Translations under genes and position numbers: made by a program
Shown here: positions 20,484-29,475 of the stretch, piece after piece
Position numbering within the stretch: the stretch's first letter is position 1
How the letters are laid out: each line of letters opens with the position of its first letter
NCBI GenBank assembly: GCA_963733035.1
Contig: CAVTBU010000006.1
Coordinates: forward strand, 864,001 to 928,000
Length of the DNA stretch: 64,000 nucleotides
Direction of reading: 5' to 3'
Source: Pirellulales bacterium
Lineage (GTDB): Bacteria > Planctomycetota > Planctomycetia > Pirellulales > PALSA-1355
The notes under the pieces: generated by a model
The model's input: the letters and a program-made list of their open reading frames with translations, nothing else
The model's database searches: none
What the model was told of the DNA's origin: nothing

Positions 20484-21017
20484 CTAGCGCCGGGGCGGGG
20501 TGGAGTTGTCGGCCACCTTCTGCCGGGTCTCGGTGAAATCGAGCGCGGTGATTTGACCGGCGGTGAGTTGGACCGTCTTCTCTTCGCTCACCGGCTTGTC
20601 GTCGCGCATATACTCGGCCCGAACCTTGTACGAATAGGTGGTGCCGGGCTGCAGGTCGCGCGAGATGTATTGCCGAACCGGGCCGGTGCTGGTGGTGGGA
20701 CGATCATTGACGAAGATTTTCGCCTCGGCCGGCACATCGACCGTGAGCAAGGCGTTGTTCGTGGCGGTCGACGTGGTGGCTCGCGATGGCGAACCGGCAT
20801 AGTAGCCCATTCCCGGTCCCCAGTACCCCGGATAACCCCAGCCGCCGTAGCCCCAGCCACCGTAGTAACCAAGACCATATCCGCAGCCACCCCAGCCGCA
20901 ACCGCCCCAACCACAGCCACCCCAGCCGCAGTGGCGATGACCAAAAGCGCTGGCCTCACTGGTGAATGAACCGAGAGCGACAAGTACGACTGCAATCTTC
21001 AGTGCTGTTTTCAACAT
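20484..21017 (-). CDS. TIGR03000 domain-containing protein
   Basis: Signal peptide, GWGGC/Gly-Tyr repeats, then LTVDVPAEAKIFVND...T.STG.VRQY.S..L.PG..Y.Y.VRAE. Confidence 0.9.
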   Translation of the reverse strand: MLKTALKIAVVLVALGSFTSEASAFGHRHCGWGGCGWGGCGWGGCGYGLGYYGGWGYGGWGYPGYWGPGMGYYAGSPSRATTSTATNNALLTVDVPAEAKIFVNDRPTTSTGPVRQYISRDLQPGTTYSYKVRAEYMRDDKPVSEEKTVQLTAGQITALDFTETRQKVADNSTPPRR

Positions 21018-21338
21018 GGTTTTTGCTCCCCAGGAGATACTTCCGATGACGTCTGACGGCACCTTGCGTCGCACACCTTGGTGCCGAGGCAAGAGTACCA
21101 TACCAAGTCTAGGTTCCAAGTAGTACCAGCGCCGGCGAGTTCGGGACTTGCCGCGCCCGGGTTTTAATGGGTTTTCAACCGCATCTTAGGCGAATCAAAC
21201 TCCTGCGTGCGGCTCGGCGGCAAGCGCGAAGCGGCGCAGGCCGACTTCCAATACGTTGCGCTGGCCGGCCGTCGTCTTGCCGGGCTGAGAAAACGATCAA
21301 ACGCGATATCGCGAGCAACCGTCGTCCTCACGCTCAAA

Positions 21339-21446
21339 CTACTTTGCCGGGCGAGTGGTGATGACGTTGCCCGGCTTGGCCGGCTTGGCGGCTGTCTTCG
21401 GCTGCTTGAGCTTCTTCTTTTCTTTGCGGCGGTCTTTGTTTCCCAT
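21339..21446 (-). CDS. Small Lys-rich basic protein (35 aa, not in ORF track)
   Basis: MGNKDRRKEKKKLKQPKTAAKPAKPGNVITTRPAK; AAG/GCC/CCG codon usage typical of the host. Confidence 0.6.
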   Translation of the reverse strand: MGNKDRRKEKKKLKQPKTAAKPAKPGNVITTRPAK

Positions 21447-21713
21447 GGCGGGGCAGTGCTTTCGGGTAGGAGTAGTCGATACCGTGGCCACGTGGCCATC
21501 GGCGGGGCGATTCTAAACCATGCGGAAGCCGGCGATAAGGGGGGGAACCGCATCGCCGACGTGCCAACGGCGACGTTTCGAGGTGTTGTTGTCTGCGATG
21601 TTCCAGGATTTCCGCTTGGCGGCGGCAGCGCAAAAAAACTGTCCGAGGCTCACGACGAAGCTCGGACAGAGTTGAAGTCGATCGAAAGCGAAGCAAGTGC
21701 CCGACCTCGCTTA

Positions 21714-21868
21714 CTAGTTTGTTGGAAAATGCCCTCGTGGCATTTCCCAACCTCGCGAAGTGCGGAGCCGAACTCCACACCGCTGGTGAAACAACGACTA
21801 ACGTCGGTTGTTTCGTCATCGCGTCCATGCGATCGCGCAGGCGGTTGAATTCTCCAACAGCCTGTTAG
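21714..21868 (-). mobile_element. MITE-like structured repeat, copy 1
   Basis: Colinear over ~155 bp with 57619-57775; CTAA/CTAG ends, imperfect TIRs, internal hairpins; begins 2 bp after the gap stop codon. Confidence 0.8.
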
Positions 21869-21869
21869 G

Positions 21870-22904
21870 TTAGATCAACTTTCCGACCTTGGCGATCAGG
21901 TCGACGGTGCGACAGCTGTAGCCCCATTCGTTGTCGTACCAGCTGAGGGTTTTTAGCAGGTTGCCCTCCATCACCTGGGTCCAGTCGGGCACGAAGATCG
22001 AGCTGTGCGAGTCGCCGATGATGTCGGTCGAGACGAGCGGGTCTTCGTTGTACGAGAGGATGCCTTTCATCGGGCCTTCGGCGGCCTTCTTCATGGCCGC
22101 GTTCACCTCGTCCTTGGTCACCTCGCGAGCCACCACCGAGGTGAGGTCCACGAGGCTGCCGGTGGGCACGGGCACCCGCAGGGCGATGCCGGTCATCTTG
22201 CCCTTGAGCTCGGGAATGACCAGACCGATGGCGCTGGCGGCACCGGTGCTGGTGGGAATGATGTTCTGAGCGGCGGCCCGGGCACGATACAGGTTGTCGT
22301 GCGGCATGTCCTGCAGGCGCTGGTCGTTGGTGTAGGCGTGCACCGTGGTCATCAGCGCCTTGTTGATGCCAAAATTGTCATGGATCACTTTAGCCATCGG
22401 CGCCAGGCAGTTGGTGGTGCAACTGGCGTTCGAGATGCACTTTTGCTCCTTGGTGAGCTTGTCGTCGTTGACGCCCAGCACGCAGGTCAAGTCGGCGCCG
22501 TCCTTGGCCGGGGCGCTGAGCACGACGCGCTTGGCGCCGGCCTTGAGGTGCGTGTCGTAGCCGGGCTTGGTCTTGCCGTCCTTGGTGCTTTCGCGGGCGG
22601 TGAAAATGCCGGTGCTTTCGACGACGACGTCGACATTCAATTTGCCCCAGGGGAGCTCGGCCGGATCGCGGACGGCGAGGGCTTCGATCTCGTGACCATC
22701 GACGGTGATGTACTTGTCGTTGTAGGTTACCTTGCCGGGATAGCGGCGGTGGGTGCTATCGTACTTGAGCAGCGTGGCCAAGGTTTGATTGTCGGTCAGG
22801 TCGTTGATGGCCACCACCTCGAACTCACTCGAGCGGGCCATCAGATTTCGGAACACCAGCCGGCCGATGCGGCCGAACCCATTAATTGCAACGCGAATTG
22901 ACAC
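21870..22904 (-). CDS. gap: Type I glyceraldehyde-3-phosphate dehydrogenase
   Basis: [33 protein letters not shown]. Confidence 0.98.
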   Translation of the reverse strand: MSIRVAINGFGRIGRLVFRNLMARSSEFEVVAINDLTDNQTLATLLKYDSTHRRYPGKVTYNDKYITVDGHEIEALAVRDPAELPWGKLNVDVVVESTGIFTARESTKDGKTKPGYDTHLKAGAKRVVLSAPAKDGADLTCVLGVNDDKLTKEQKCISNASCTTNCLAPMAKVIHDNFGINKALMTTVHAYTNDQRLQDMPHDNLYRARAAAQNIIPTSTGAASAIGLVIPELKGKMTGIALRVPVPTGSLVDLTSVVAREVTKDEVNAAMKKAAEGPMKGILSYNEDPLVSTDIIGDSHSSIFVPDWTQVMEGNLLKTLSWYDNEWGYSCRTVDLIAKVGKLI

Positions 22905-22963
22905 GAGAATTCTCCTTCAAGCAAAACCGCCTTCCCACGCCGGGGAAGCGCGCTGGCCACCGC

Positions 22964-23242
22964 CTACTTCATCGATGGAAACGGCCGATTATACAGGTGG
23001 TCCTGGCGATCGACAATTGGCCCGCGTGTGTGGGTCGCGCCCTGGGACTGAGGTGGTCGGCGGCGTGCCTTCTGCTTTGCGATATGCACGAGGAACGATG
23101 CCCAGGCAGTATAGAATGCAAGCGCGATTGCGCAACCGAGAATCCACCACAACTTACGACCTACGGCTCGCCTCGATTTCGGAACTTCTCCCGGCGATTG
23201 GAATGGGTTTTGTCCGTAGCTGATAGCGGCATTCTTTCGCAC
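22964..23242 (-). CDS. Putative small single-pass membrane protein with NPFQSP motif
   Basis: NPFQSP followed by basic residues and TM helix LWWILGCAIALAFYTAWASFLV; start uncertain. Confidence 0.45.
   Translation of the reverse strand: MRKNAAISYGQNPFQSPGEVPKSRRAVGRKLWWILGCAIALAFYTAWASFLVHIAKQKARRRPPQSQGATHTRGPIVDRQDHLYNRPFPSMK
22988..23016 (-). promoter_or_regulatory. Sigma-70-type promoter for gap
   Basis: TTGTCG-N17-TATAAT about 85 bp upstream of the gap start. Confidence 0.6.
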
Positions 23243-23263
23243 ACGAAAAATGCCCGATCAGCG

Positions 23264-23773
23264 TCACGTATCTGGTGGGATGACTTCCGGAAAAACGATA
23301 TTGTACGGCGTCGGATCAACGTAGAAAATTCGGTAGCTCTCCAGGGCGGACAATAGCCGCTGAACCTCGGGCCAATTATCTCCAAACCTTTCTCGGCCGC
23401 GTTCGTCATTGTCACGTTCGGTTTCCGGAGAATAGTCGGGCTCAGTGAACCTTACTTTTGCAAAGTCGATGATGTACGGAGGGTTCTGCATCAGGTCCAT
23501 TTCGACCACCTGCAGCTCGTCGTCAAATCCGTGCATTTCAGGAATCCAGAAGCCCGCGATCTGCTGGGTGATGCCCCACCTTTTCAATTCTTGGTACGTG
23601 AATCGCTCATTCTGGTAGCCGCGCCAGGCCGAAAATACTTTGATGGCTGTGTCGCGTTCCGTGGACCAGACCGCACCATCCGTGCCATCGCCAAGGAAAG
23701 CTTTGATGTTTACGTGGGGTCGATGTAGGCTAAGATACGCGTCAAGTCGTTCTCGATATTGGGCGTCAAGCAT
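23264..23773 (-). CDS. Minimal protein-kinase-like protein with permuted motif order
   Basis: LGDGTDGAVW, AIK45, E56, IP, VVEM, IIDFA (D103), IFYVDPTPYNI (D153, N158). Confidence 0.75.
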   Translation of the reverse strand: MLDAQYRERLDAYLSLHRPHVNIKAFLGDGTDGAVWSTERDTAIKVFSAWRGYQNERFTYQELKRWGITQQIAGFWIPEMHGFDDELQVVEMDLMQNPPYIIDFAKVRFTEPDYSPETERDNDERGRERFGDNWPEVQRLLSALESYRIFYVDPTPYNIVFPEVIPPDT

Positions 23774-24040
23774 ATGGGAATTCACCACAAAGATGGATAT
23801 TCGGCCTCGGTCGAGGGCTTCTTTGTCGTCGGCGAAGCACGTTTTCGTTTGGCTAAGACAAATGGCTGCAGTTTTGTATTGGCTGAATTCTGCGAACTTC
23901 CGCCGGGATCCAGCGGCGAGCTTTTGGTCATTGTCGACGGCAAGGCCAGCGTTCGCTGCGTCAGGCTACCCGAGGGCGTGGCGCTCGGCCAGCGCGTGGT
24001 TAATTACGAGGTTCCGCAGGACGAGTCCGTGCCGTTCTAG
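23774..24040 (+). CDS. Small beta-rich hypothetical protein, divergent partner of the kinase-like gene
   Basis: 88-aa ORF with alternating hydrophobic strands, PPG and VDG turns, and C-terminal DESVPF; followed by a strong terminator. Confidence 0.7.
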   Translation: MGIHHKDGYSASVEGFFVVGEARFRLAKTNGCSFVLAEFCELPPGSSGELLVIVDGKASVRCVRLPEGVALGQRVVNYEVPQDESVPF

Positions 24041-24114
24041 CCATCCGCACCCAATCTGGCGGGCCCATTAACGGAAAGCGTGGAAACCGAACCAACGACC
24101 GGACGCCTTCCTGA

Positions 24115-24164
24115 AAACACAAAAGCCCAGCCCGCGCGAGAGCGCGGGCTGGGCTTTTGTGTTT
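24115..24164. terminator. Strong bidirectional intrinsic terminator
   Basis: 23-bp perfect inverted repeat AAACACAAAAGCCCAGCCCGCGC - GAGA - GCGCGGGCTGGGCTTTTGTGTTT. Confidence 0.85.
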
Positions 24165-24304
24165 CGCTTGGTTTTGGCTCATTCGTGAACGGGTGCCAGC
24201 AGCGGTCGACATCTGCGGTTGCGGGGCGGGTATGCTACAATGCCACGGTTGCGGCGATACACGGGTAGGAAATTGGTTTTTCTTTGACAACACAAGGGCG
24301 GCGC

Positions 24305-24577
24305 ATGAGCGGCGAGCACGACAAACTGCGACAGGCACTCAACGATCTTCAAGACCACCTGGCGGAATTGCGCGAGGTCGATCCGAACGTGGCTGCCCAG
24401 CTGGATTCGACAATCGCCGAAGCCAACAGTGTGTTGGGCTCGGAAGCGAACGCCGGGGAGCATCACACCGTGGCCGAACAGTTCAACGAGGCGCTGTTGC
24501 ACTATGAGGCCTCTCACCCGACGCTGGCCGGCAACCTGCGCAGCGTGATCGACGCGCTGGGACAGATTGGAATTTGA
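24305..24577 (+). CDS. DUF4404 family protein
   Basis: ...YEASHPTLAGNLRSVIDALGQIGI C-terminal signature. Confidence 0.88.
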   Translation: MSGEHDKLRQALNDLQDHLAELREVDPNVAAQLDSTIAEANSVLGSEANAGEHHTVAEQFNEALLHYEASHPTLAGNLRSVIDALGQIGI

Positions 24578-24601
24578 CGCCGCGGTAGACTGCTGGCGAA
24601 A

Positions 24602-25303
24602 TCACCGACCGCGCTTGCCACCGGTTGGCGGATTCGCGAGCGTGATGCTGACGTCTTCGGCCAGGGCCTGGCCTGGACGGTTGAACGTTGGAACCGGCTT
24701 CTGGTTGTCGTAGTACCAGGCCTTCACTTTCATTTGGTCGCCGAATTGCGCCAGCCGCGGGTCGTCGATCGCCAACACGACTTTCAGGTCGTCGGCCATC
24801 TTGGCCGAAAGTTTCAAGCGTCCGGCCGCGATTTGCAGGGTATCGTCTTTGACTCCCATGATGCGACCGCGGATGCGGTAGTCGCCGGGGGCAGGATCGC
24901 GAACCGGCCTGGCGTCTTCGGCAGTGTCGTCGGGCGCGAACAGTCCCAGAGGCTGCCGACCCTTGCCGTTGACGACTTCGATTTCGGCAAGCGGTTCGGC
25001 CAGTGTGGCGTCTTCTTTGACGTTGCCCTTGAGTTCCACAGTCATCCCGGGCCGCAGATAGCTCCGATCCGCGATCCCTTCAATGGAGACTTTTGACAGG
25101 GGATTGACTGTCAACAGCCACACGTCCTGGTTCGAATCGCGAAACTTGAGCAGGTTGCCCTGCATTCCTTCGAGCGTCCCTTCCTCTTTGAGCTCGAGTG
25201 AGTTGAGCGGGACTTGGAATTGGGCTTGGGTTTCCTGACCGGCGAGGCCGGCCACCAGACCGACGATCGCGCCGGCGACCATGCTGTGCGTTGAATTGAA
25301 CAT
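24602..25303 (-). CDS. Secreted hypothetical protein (tandem OB-like beta domains)
   Basis: Signal peptide; LRPGMTVELKG-type strands; host codon usage. Confidence 0.7.
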   Translation of the reverse strand: MFNSTHSMVAGAIVGLVAGLAGQETQAQFQVPLNSLELKEEGTLEGMQGNLLKFRDSNQDVWLLTVNPLSKVSIEGIADRSYLRPGMTVELKGNVKEDATLAEPLAEIEVVNGKGRQPLGLFAPDDTAEDARPVRDPAPGDYRIRGRIMGVKDDTLQIAAGRLKLSAKMADDLKVVLAIDDPRLAQFGDQMKVKAWYYDNQKPVPTFNRPGQALAEDVSITLANPPTGGKRGR

Positions 25304-25678
25304 CAGAATCTCCCTCTTATTCTGCCGTTCCACTTACCAGGGGATTTGTTACGCCGCCTCTTGGAGCCAACACGAGAGCACGGACGACCGGGCAACCACG
25401 TGAAACCGCGACGTGGGCCGACGACACCATCCGTTCAGTTGCTGGCCACCTTTTCAGATTTTTTGCTTTCGCATGAGTTTAGAATACCTTAATCCGCTCT
25501 GCAAAGGGCGCCAAATCAGCGGCTTGGAGCACCATTTGCGGCATTTTGCCTCACCGGCGCGCCGTTGTCAGGTTCCGCACGCGGGGTCACAATGCCTGCT
25601 GGCGGCGGCGATTGCGGCAAATGTCGCGGGCCGCGCCGCGAACCATCAACCACCCGTTTCCGCCAGCGTGCAACGTTT

Positions 25679-26476
25679 ATGCCCAAAGATACCGGTCAAA
25701 TTACGATTCCGCAGTTTCGCGCCATGAAGGCCGCGGGCGAAAAGATCACCATGCTCACGGCCTACGACTACCCGATCGCCAAGCTGATCGACCCCTTGGT
25801 GGAGGGAATTCTGGTGGGCGACACGATGTCGATGGTCGTGCAAGGTCACGCGAACACGCTGCCAGTCACCCTCGATGAAATGATCTATCACGCCGAGATG
25901 GTGGGTCGCGCGGCCGGCCATGCGCTGGTGGTGGTGGACATGCCGTTTCCCAGTTTCCACCTGGGCGTGTACAAGGCGATCGAAAACGCGGGCCGAATTC
26001 TCAAAGAAACCCATTGTCAGGCGGTCAAGCTCGAAGGGGGCACCGACCAGGCCGAGGTGATCGCCGGGCTGGTTTCGGCCGGCATTCCAGTAATGGCCCA
26101 CTGCGGGCTGCGGCCGCAGAATGTGCACCAGTTGGGTGGTTACAAAGTGCAGCGTGATGAAGACCGCCTGCTGGCCGACGCCAAGGCCGTCGAAGAGGCC
26201 GGCGCGTTTGCCGTGGTGCTCGAATGCATTCCCGCGCCGCTGGCCGAAAAGCTGACGGCCGAGTTGTCGATTCCGACGATCGGCATTGGGGCCGGTGCCG
26301 GATGCGACGGACAGATTCTGGTAACGTACGATTTGCTCGGCCTGACCAGCGGCTACGTGCCGCGCTTTGTGAAGCCGTATGCCGACCTGGGCAAAGTTAT
26401 CACTGGCGCGGTCACGGAATTTCGCGACGACGTCCGTGATGGCAAGTTTCCGTCGGCCAAGCAAACGTTCAAGTAG
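25679..26476 (+). CDS. panB: 3-methyl-2-oxobutanoate hydroxymethyltransferase
   Basis: [36 protein letters not shown]. Confidence 0.97.
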   Translation: MPKDTGQITIPQFRAMKAAGEKITMLTAYDYPIAKLIDPLVEGILVGDTMSMVVQGHANTLPVTLDEMIYHAEMVGRAAGHALVVVDMPFPSFHLGVYKAIENAGRILKETHCQAVKLEGGTDQAEVIAGLVSAGIPVMAHCGLRPQNVHQLGGYKVQRDEDRLLADAKAVEEAGAFAVVLECIPAPLAEKLTAELSIPTIGIGAGAGCDGQILVTYDLLGLTSGYVPRFVKPYADLGKVITGAVTEFRDDVRDGKFPSAKQTFK

Positions 26477-26598
26477 CCGAGACCGTTTTCCTGGCGAATT
26501 CGGGTAAGCGACTGACAGGCCGAGCGGGCAGGTCGACGGCTGCACGCGCGTTGGCGCGGGCCGGCCGCAATTCAAATTCGCGATTGAGGAATCCTGCG

Positions 26599-28678
26599 AT
26601 GTCCAACCGCCTGGCCAGTGAATCGAGTCCTTATCTGTTGCAGCACGCGGGCAATCCGGTGGATTGGTATCCCTGGGGGCCCGAGGCGATTGAACGGGCG
26701 CGCGAAGAACAAAAGCCGATCTTCCTGTCGATCGGCTACTCGGCCTGCCACTGGTGTCACGTGATGGAGCACGAGAGTTTTGAGAATGAGGCGATCGCGC
26801 GGCTGATGAACGAGCACTACGTGTGCGTGAAAGTCGATCGCGAGGAACGGCCTGACTTGGACCAGATTTATATGAACGCCGTGCAACTGATGACGGGGAG
26901 GGGAGGCTGGCCGATGTCGGTTTTTCTGACGCCGGAGCTGAAACCGTTCTACGGCGGAACTTACTGGCCGCCGACGGGAAGGAGCGGGATGCCGGGGTTC
27001 GACCAGGTGCTGGTGGCCGTCAACGACGCCTGGCAGAACCGCCGCGAGCAGGCCGTCCAACAGGCCGATGCGCTCGCCGATCATCTGACCGCGGTGGCCA
27101 CCGGACCGGCGGAATCAAAGGAATTGCAGCACTCGCTGGTGACGCACGCCGCCTCGGCCATGATGCGCACGTTCGATCACGAGCATGGTGGGTTTGGCGG
27201 CGCACCGAAGTTTCCGCATCCGATGGATCTGCGACTGCTTGCGCGGGCCTGGTTTCGTAGTCGAGACAAGGAAACGCTGCACGTCATCACGCATACGCTC
27301 GACAAGATGGCGGCGGGCGGCATTTACGATCAGCTCGGCGGCGGTTTTCATCGCTATTCGACCGACGTCCGGTGGCTGGTGCCCCATTTCGAGAAGATGC
27401 TATACGACAACGCGCTGTTGGTACCGTGCTACCTGGAGGCGTTTCTCATCACCGGCAAGGTGGACTACGCGCGAGTCGCCCGCGAGAACGTGCGACTACG
27501 TGCTCCGCGAGATGACGGATGGGGCAGGGGGGTTCTACAGTACTCAGGACGCGGACAGCGAAGGGGTGGAAGGAAAGTTCTTCGTCTGGACGCCGCAGGA
27601 GATCGAAGCGGTGTTGGGCGCGGATGCGACCGCGGAGTTCTGCCACGCCTATGGGGTTGCCGACGCGGGCAACTTCGAACATGGCACGAGCATCCTGCAT
27701 CTGCCTCATCGGCTGAGCGACGTGGCCACCGCGCTGCTCAAAGACGAACAGCAGTTGCGCAACTCGCTGGCCGATAGTCGGGCCAAGCTGTTGGCCGTGC
27801 GCGAGCGCCGCGTGCATCCCGGGCTCGACGACAAGGTGCTCGTCGCCTGGAATGGGTTGATGATCGATGCCCTGGCGCAGGCGGCGGGCGTGTTGGACGA
27901 GCCGCGCTATCTGAGTGCCGCGCAGCGTGCAGCGGAGTTTTGTCTGACGCACATGCGGCGCCACGACGGGCGGTTGCTGCACACGTGGCGCGAAGGACAG
28001 GCGAAACTCGATGCGTATCTGGATGACTACACCTCGCTGGCCAATGGTTTGATCAGTCTCTACGAAGCAGACTTCGACGAGCGGTGGATCGGCGCGGCGA
28101 TCGAACTTGTGGACGAAGTGCTTGCGCGGTTTATCGACAGCGAGCGGGGCGGGTTCTTTTACACCGCCACCGATCACGAAACGCTGATCGCGCGGCAGAA
28201 AGATTTCTACGACAACGCCGTGCCGAGCGGCAACTCGATGGCGGCGATGGCGCTCGTGCGGCTGGGCAAGTTGACCGGCCGCGGCGAGTATCTCGAGGCG
28301 GCCGAGGGAACGCTGCGCGCCGCGGCCGAGCTGCTCGAGCGTGCGCCGCAGGCCGGCGGGCAATTGCTGTTGGCACTCGATCTGTATTTCGGACCGACGC
28401 CCGAGATCGTGGTGCTTGGCAATCCGGACGAGGCCGATACGGCGGAGTCACTAGCCGCACTGCGTCACCGCTTTGTCCCGAATCAAGTCGTCGCCTGCCG
28501 CCCAGGGGATGCGGGGATCAGCGGGCCGCTTGACGGGCTGTTTGATGGCAAGTCGCTCGCCGGGCCGGAACCGGCGGTGTTCGTTTGCGAGGACTTTGCC
28601 TGCCAGGCGCCTGAGTTCGGCAAAGACGCGGCGTTGGCAATCTGGCAGCGACTCAGTCAAGGCGGCGCGACGCCGTAG
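26599..28678 (+). CDS. Thioredoxin-domain protein of the YyaL/SSP411 (SPATA20) family; apparent frameshift near 27487
   Basis: [35 protein letters not shown] in one frame; TCDYVLREM...QDADSEG...[10 protein letters not shown] in the next. Removing one A in GAGAACGTGC joins them. Confidence 0.92.
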
Positions 28679-28721
28679 CGGCGGCGTTCCCACTCGGGAC
28701 GCCGTTGCGCAGTGCCCGCTG

Positions 28722-28997
28722 TCAGCGGCGGGGCCACCAGCGGCTGATGGCGTAATAGGAGAGCGCGGCCGAGATCACGCCGAAGCTCGCGGCGAAGACG
28801 AAGCCGATGGCCGGAACTTGCCAGCGCAACGGATGCCCGGGCGGCTGCGGCGTATTTCCCAAGAGCAGATTGACACTCGTCCAGGCGAAAAGCAGCGCGG
28901 CGAGCAGCAACATGGCGCTTGCCGCGCAACACGTGACAAGCGCGATGGCGCGGGCCGCGGATCGAAGCCAGGTCGAAGTGTCACGAGATGCGTTCAT
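28722..28997 (-). CDS. Small two-TM membrane protein
   Basis: Two hydrophobic helices in a 91-aa ORF. Confidence 0.55.
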   Translation of the reverse strand: MNASRDTSTWLRSAARAIALVTCCAASAMLLLAALLFAWTSVNLLLGNTPQPPGHPLRWQVPAIGFVFAASFGVISAALSYYAISRWWPRR

Positions 28998-29031
28998 GGC
29001 GCAATTGTAGCAGCGCGGATCGTTGGTGCGG

Positions 29032-29361
29032 TTATGGGTGGGTCAGTCTGCTATCGGGCGGCCCAGGTATCCATCGAACCTCCAGGGGACGCACCACGCC
29101 AGGCGGCAGGTCCGGAACCGGCTGCTGCACGCGGAATTGTCCGCGAACGACGAATTCAGGATAGTCCGGCGGGGCGTCGAGGGGGGAGAGAAAGAAGCGA
29201 TCATCAACTGGATCATAATCATAGCCCTCGTCAAAGCCGCCATCTGGCAGCCAACCCAACGAACGAAAGCGGTGTGGCACGCCCTGAAAGTTGGCGACGC
29301 CAACGCGCGGCCCATCATAGTAATCATGTATGGATAGAACTGGCTCAAAATCTTCGCTCAT
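29032..29361 (-). CDS. Hypothetical protein (DYYDGPR motif)
   Basis: GGAG RBS; MSEDFEPVLSIHDYYDGPRVGVANFQGVPHRF; acidic and aromatic composition. Confidence 0.7.
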   Translation of the reverse strand: MSEDFEPVLSIHDYYDGPRVGVANFQGVPHRFRSLGWLPDGGFDEGYDYDPVDDRFFLSPLDAPPDYPEFVVRGQFRVQQPVPDLPPGVVRPLEVRWIPGPPDSRLTHP

Positions 29362-29475
29362 GCAACCAATATCTCCGCTGCATTGTGCGTCCCAATTGTG
29401 CGCTGCACGATAAGTCCAGTCGGTCGTCACTCACTAGCGCCGGATCACGAGGATATATCCTGGGGCACGGGCAAT

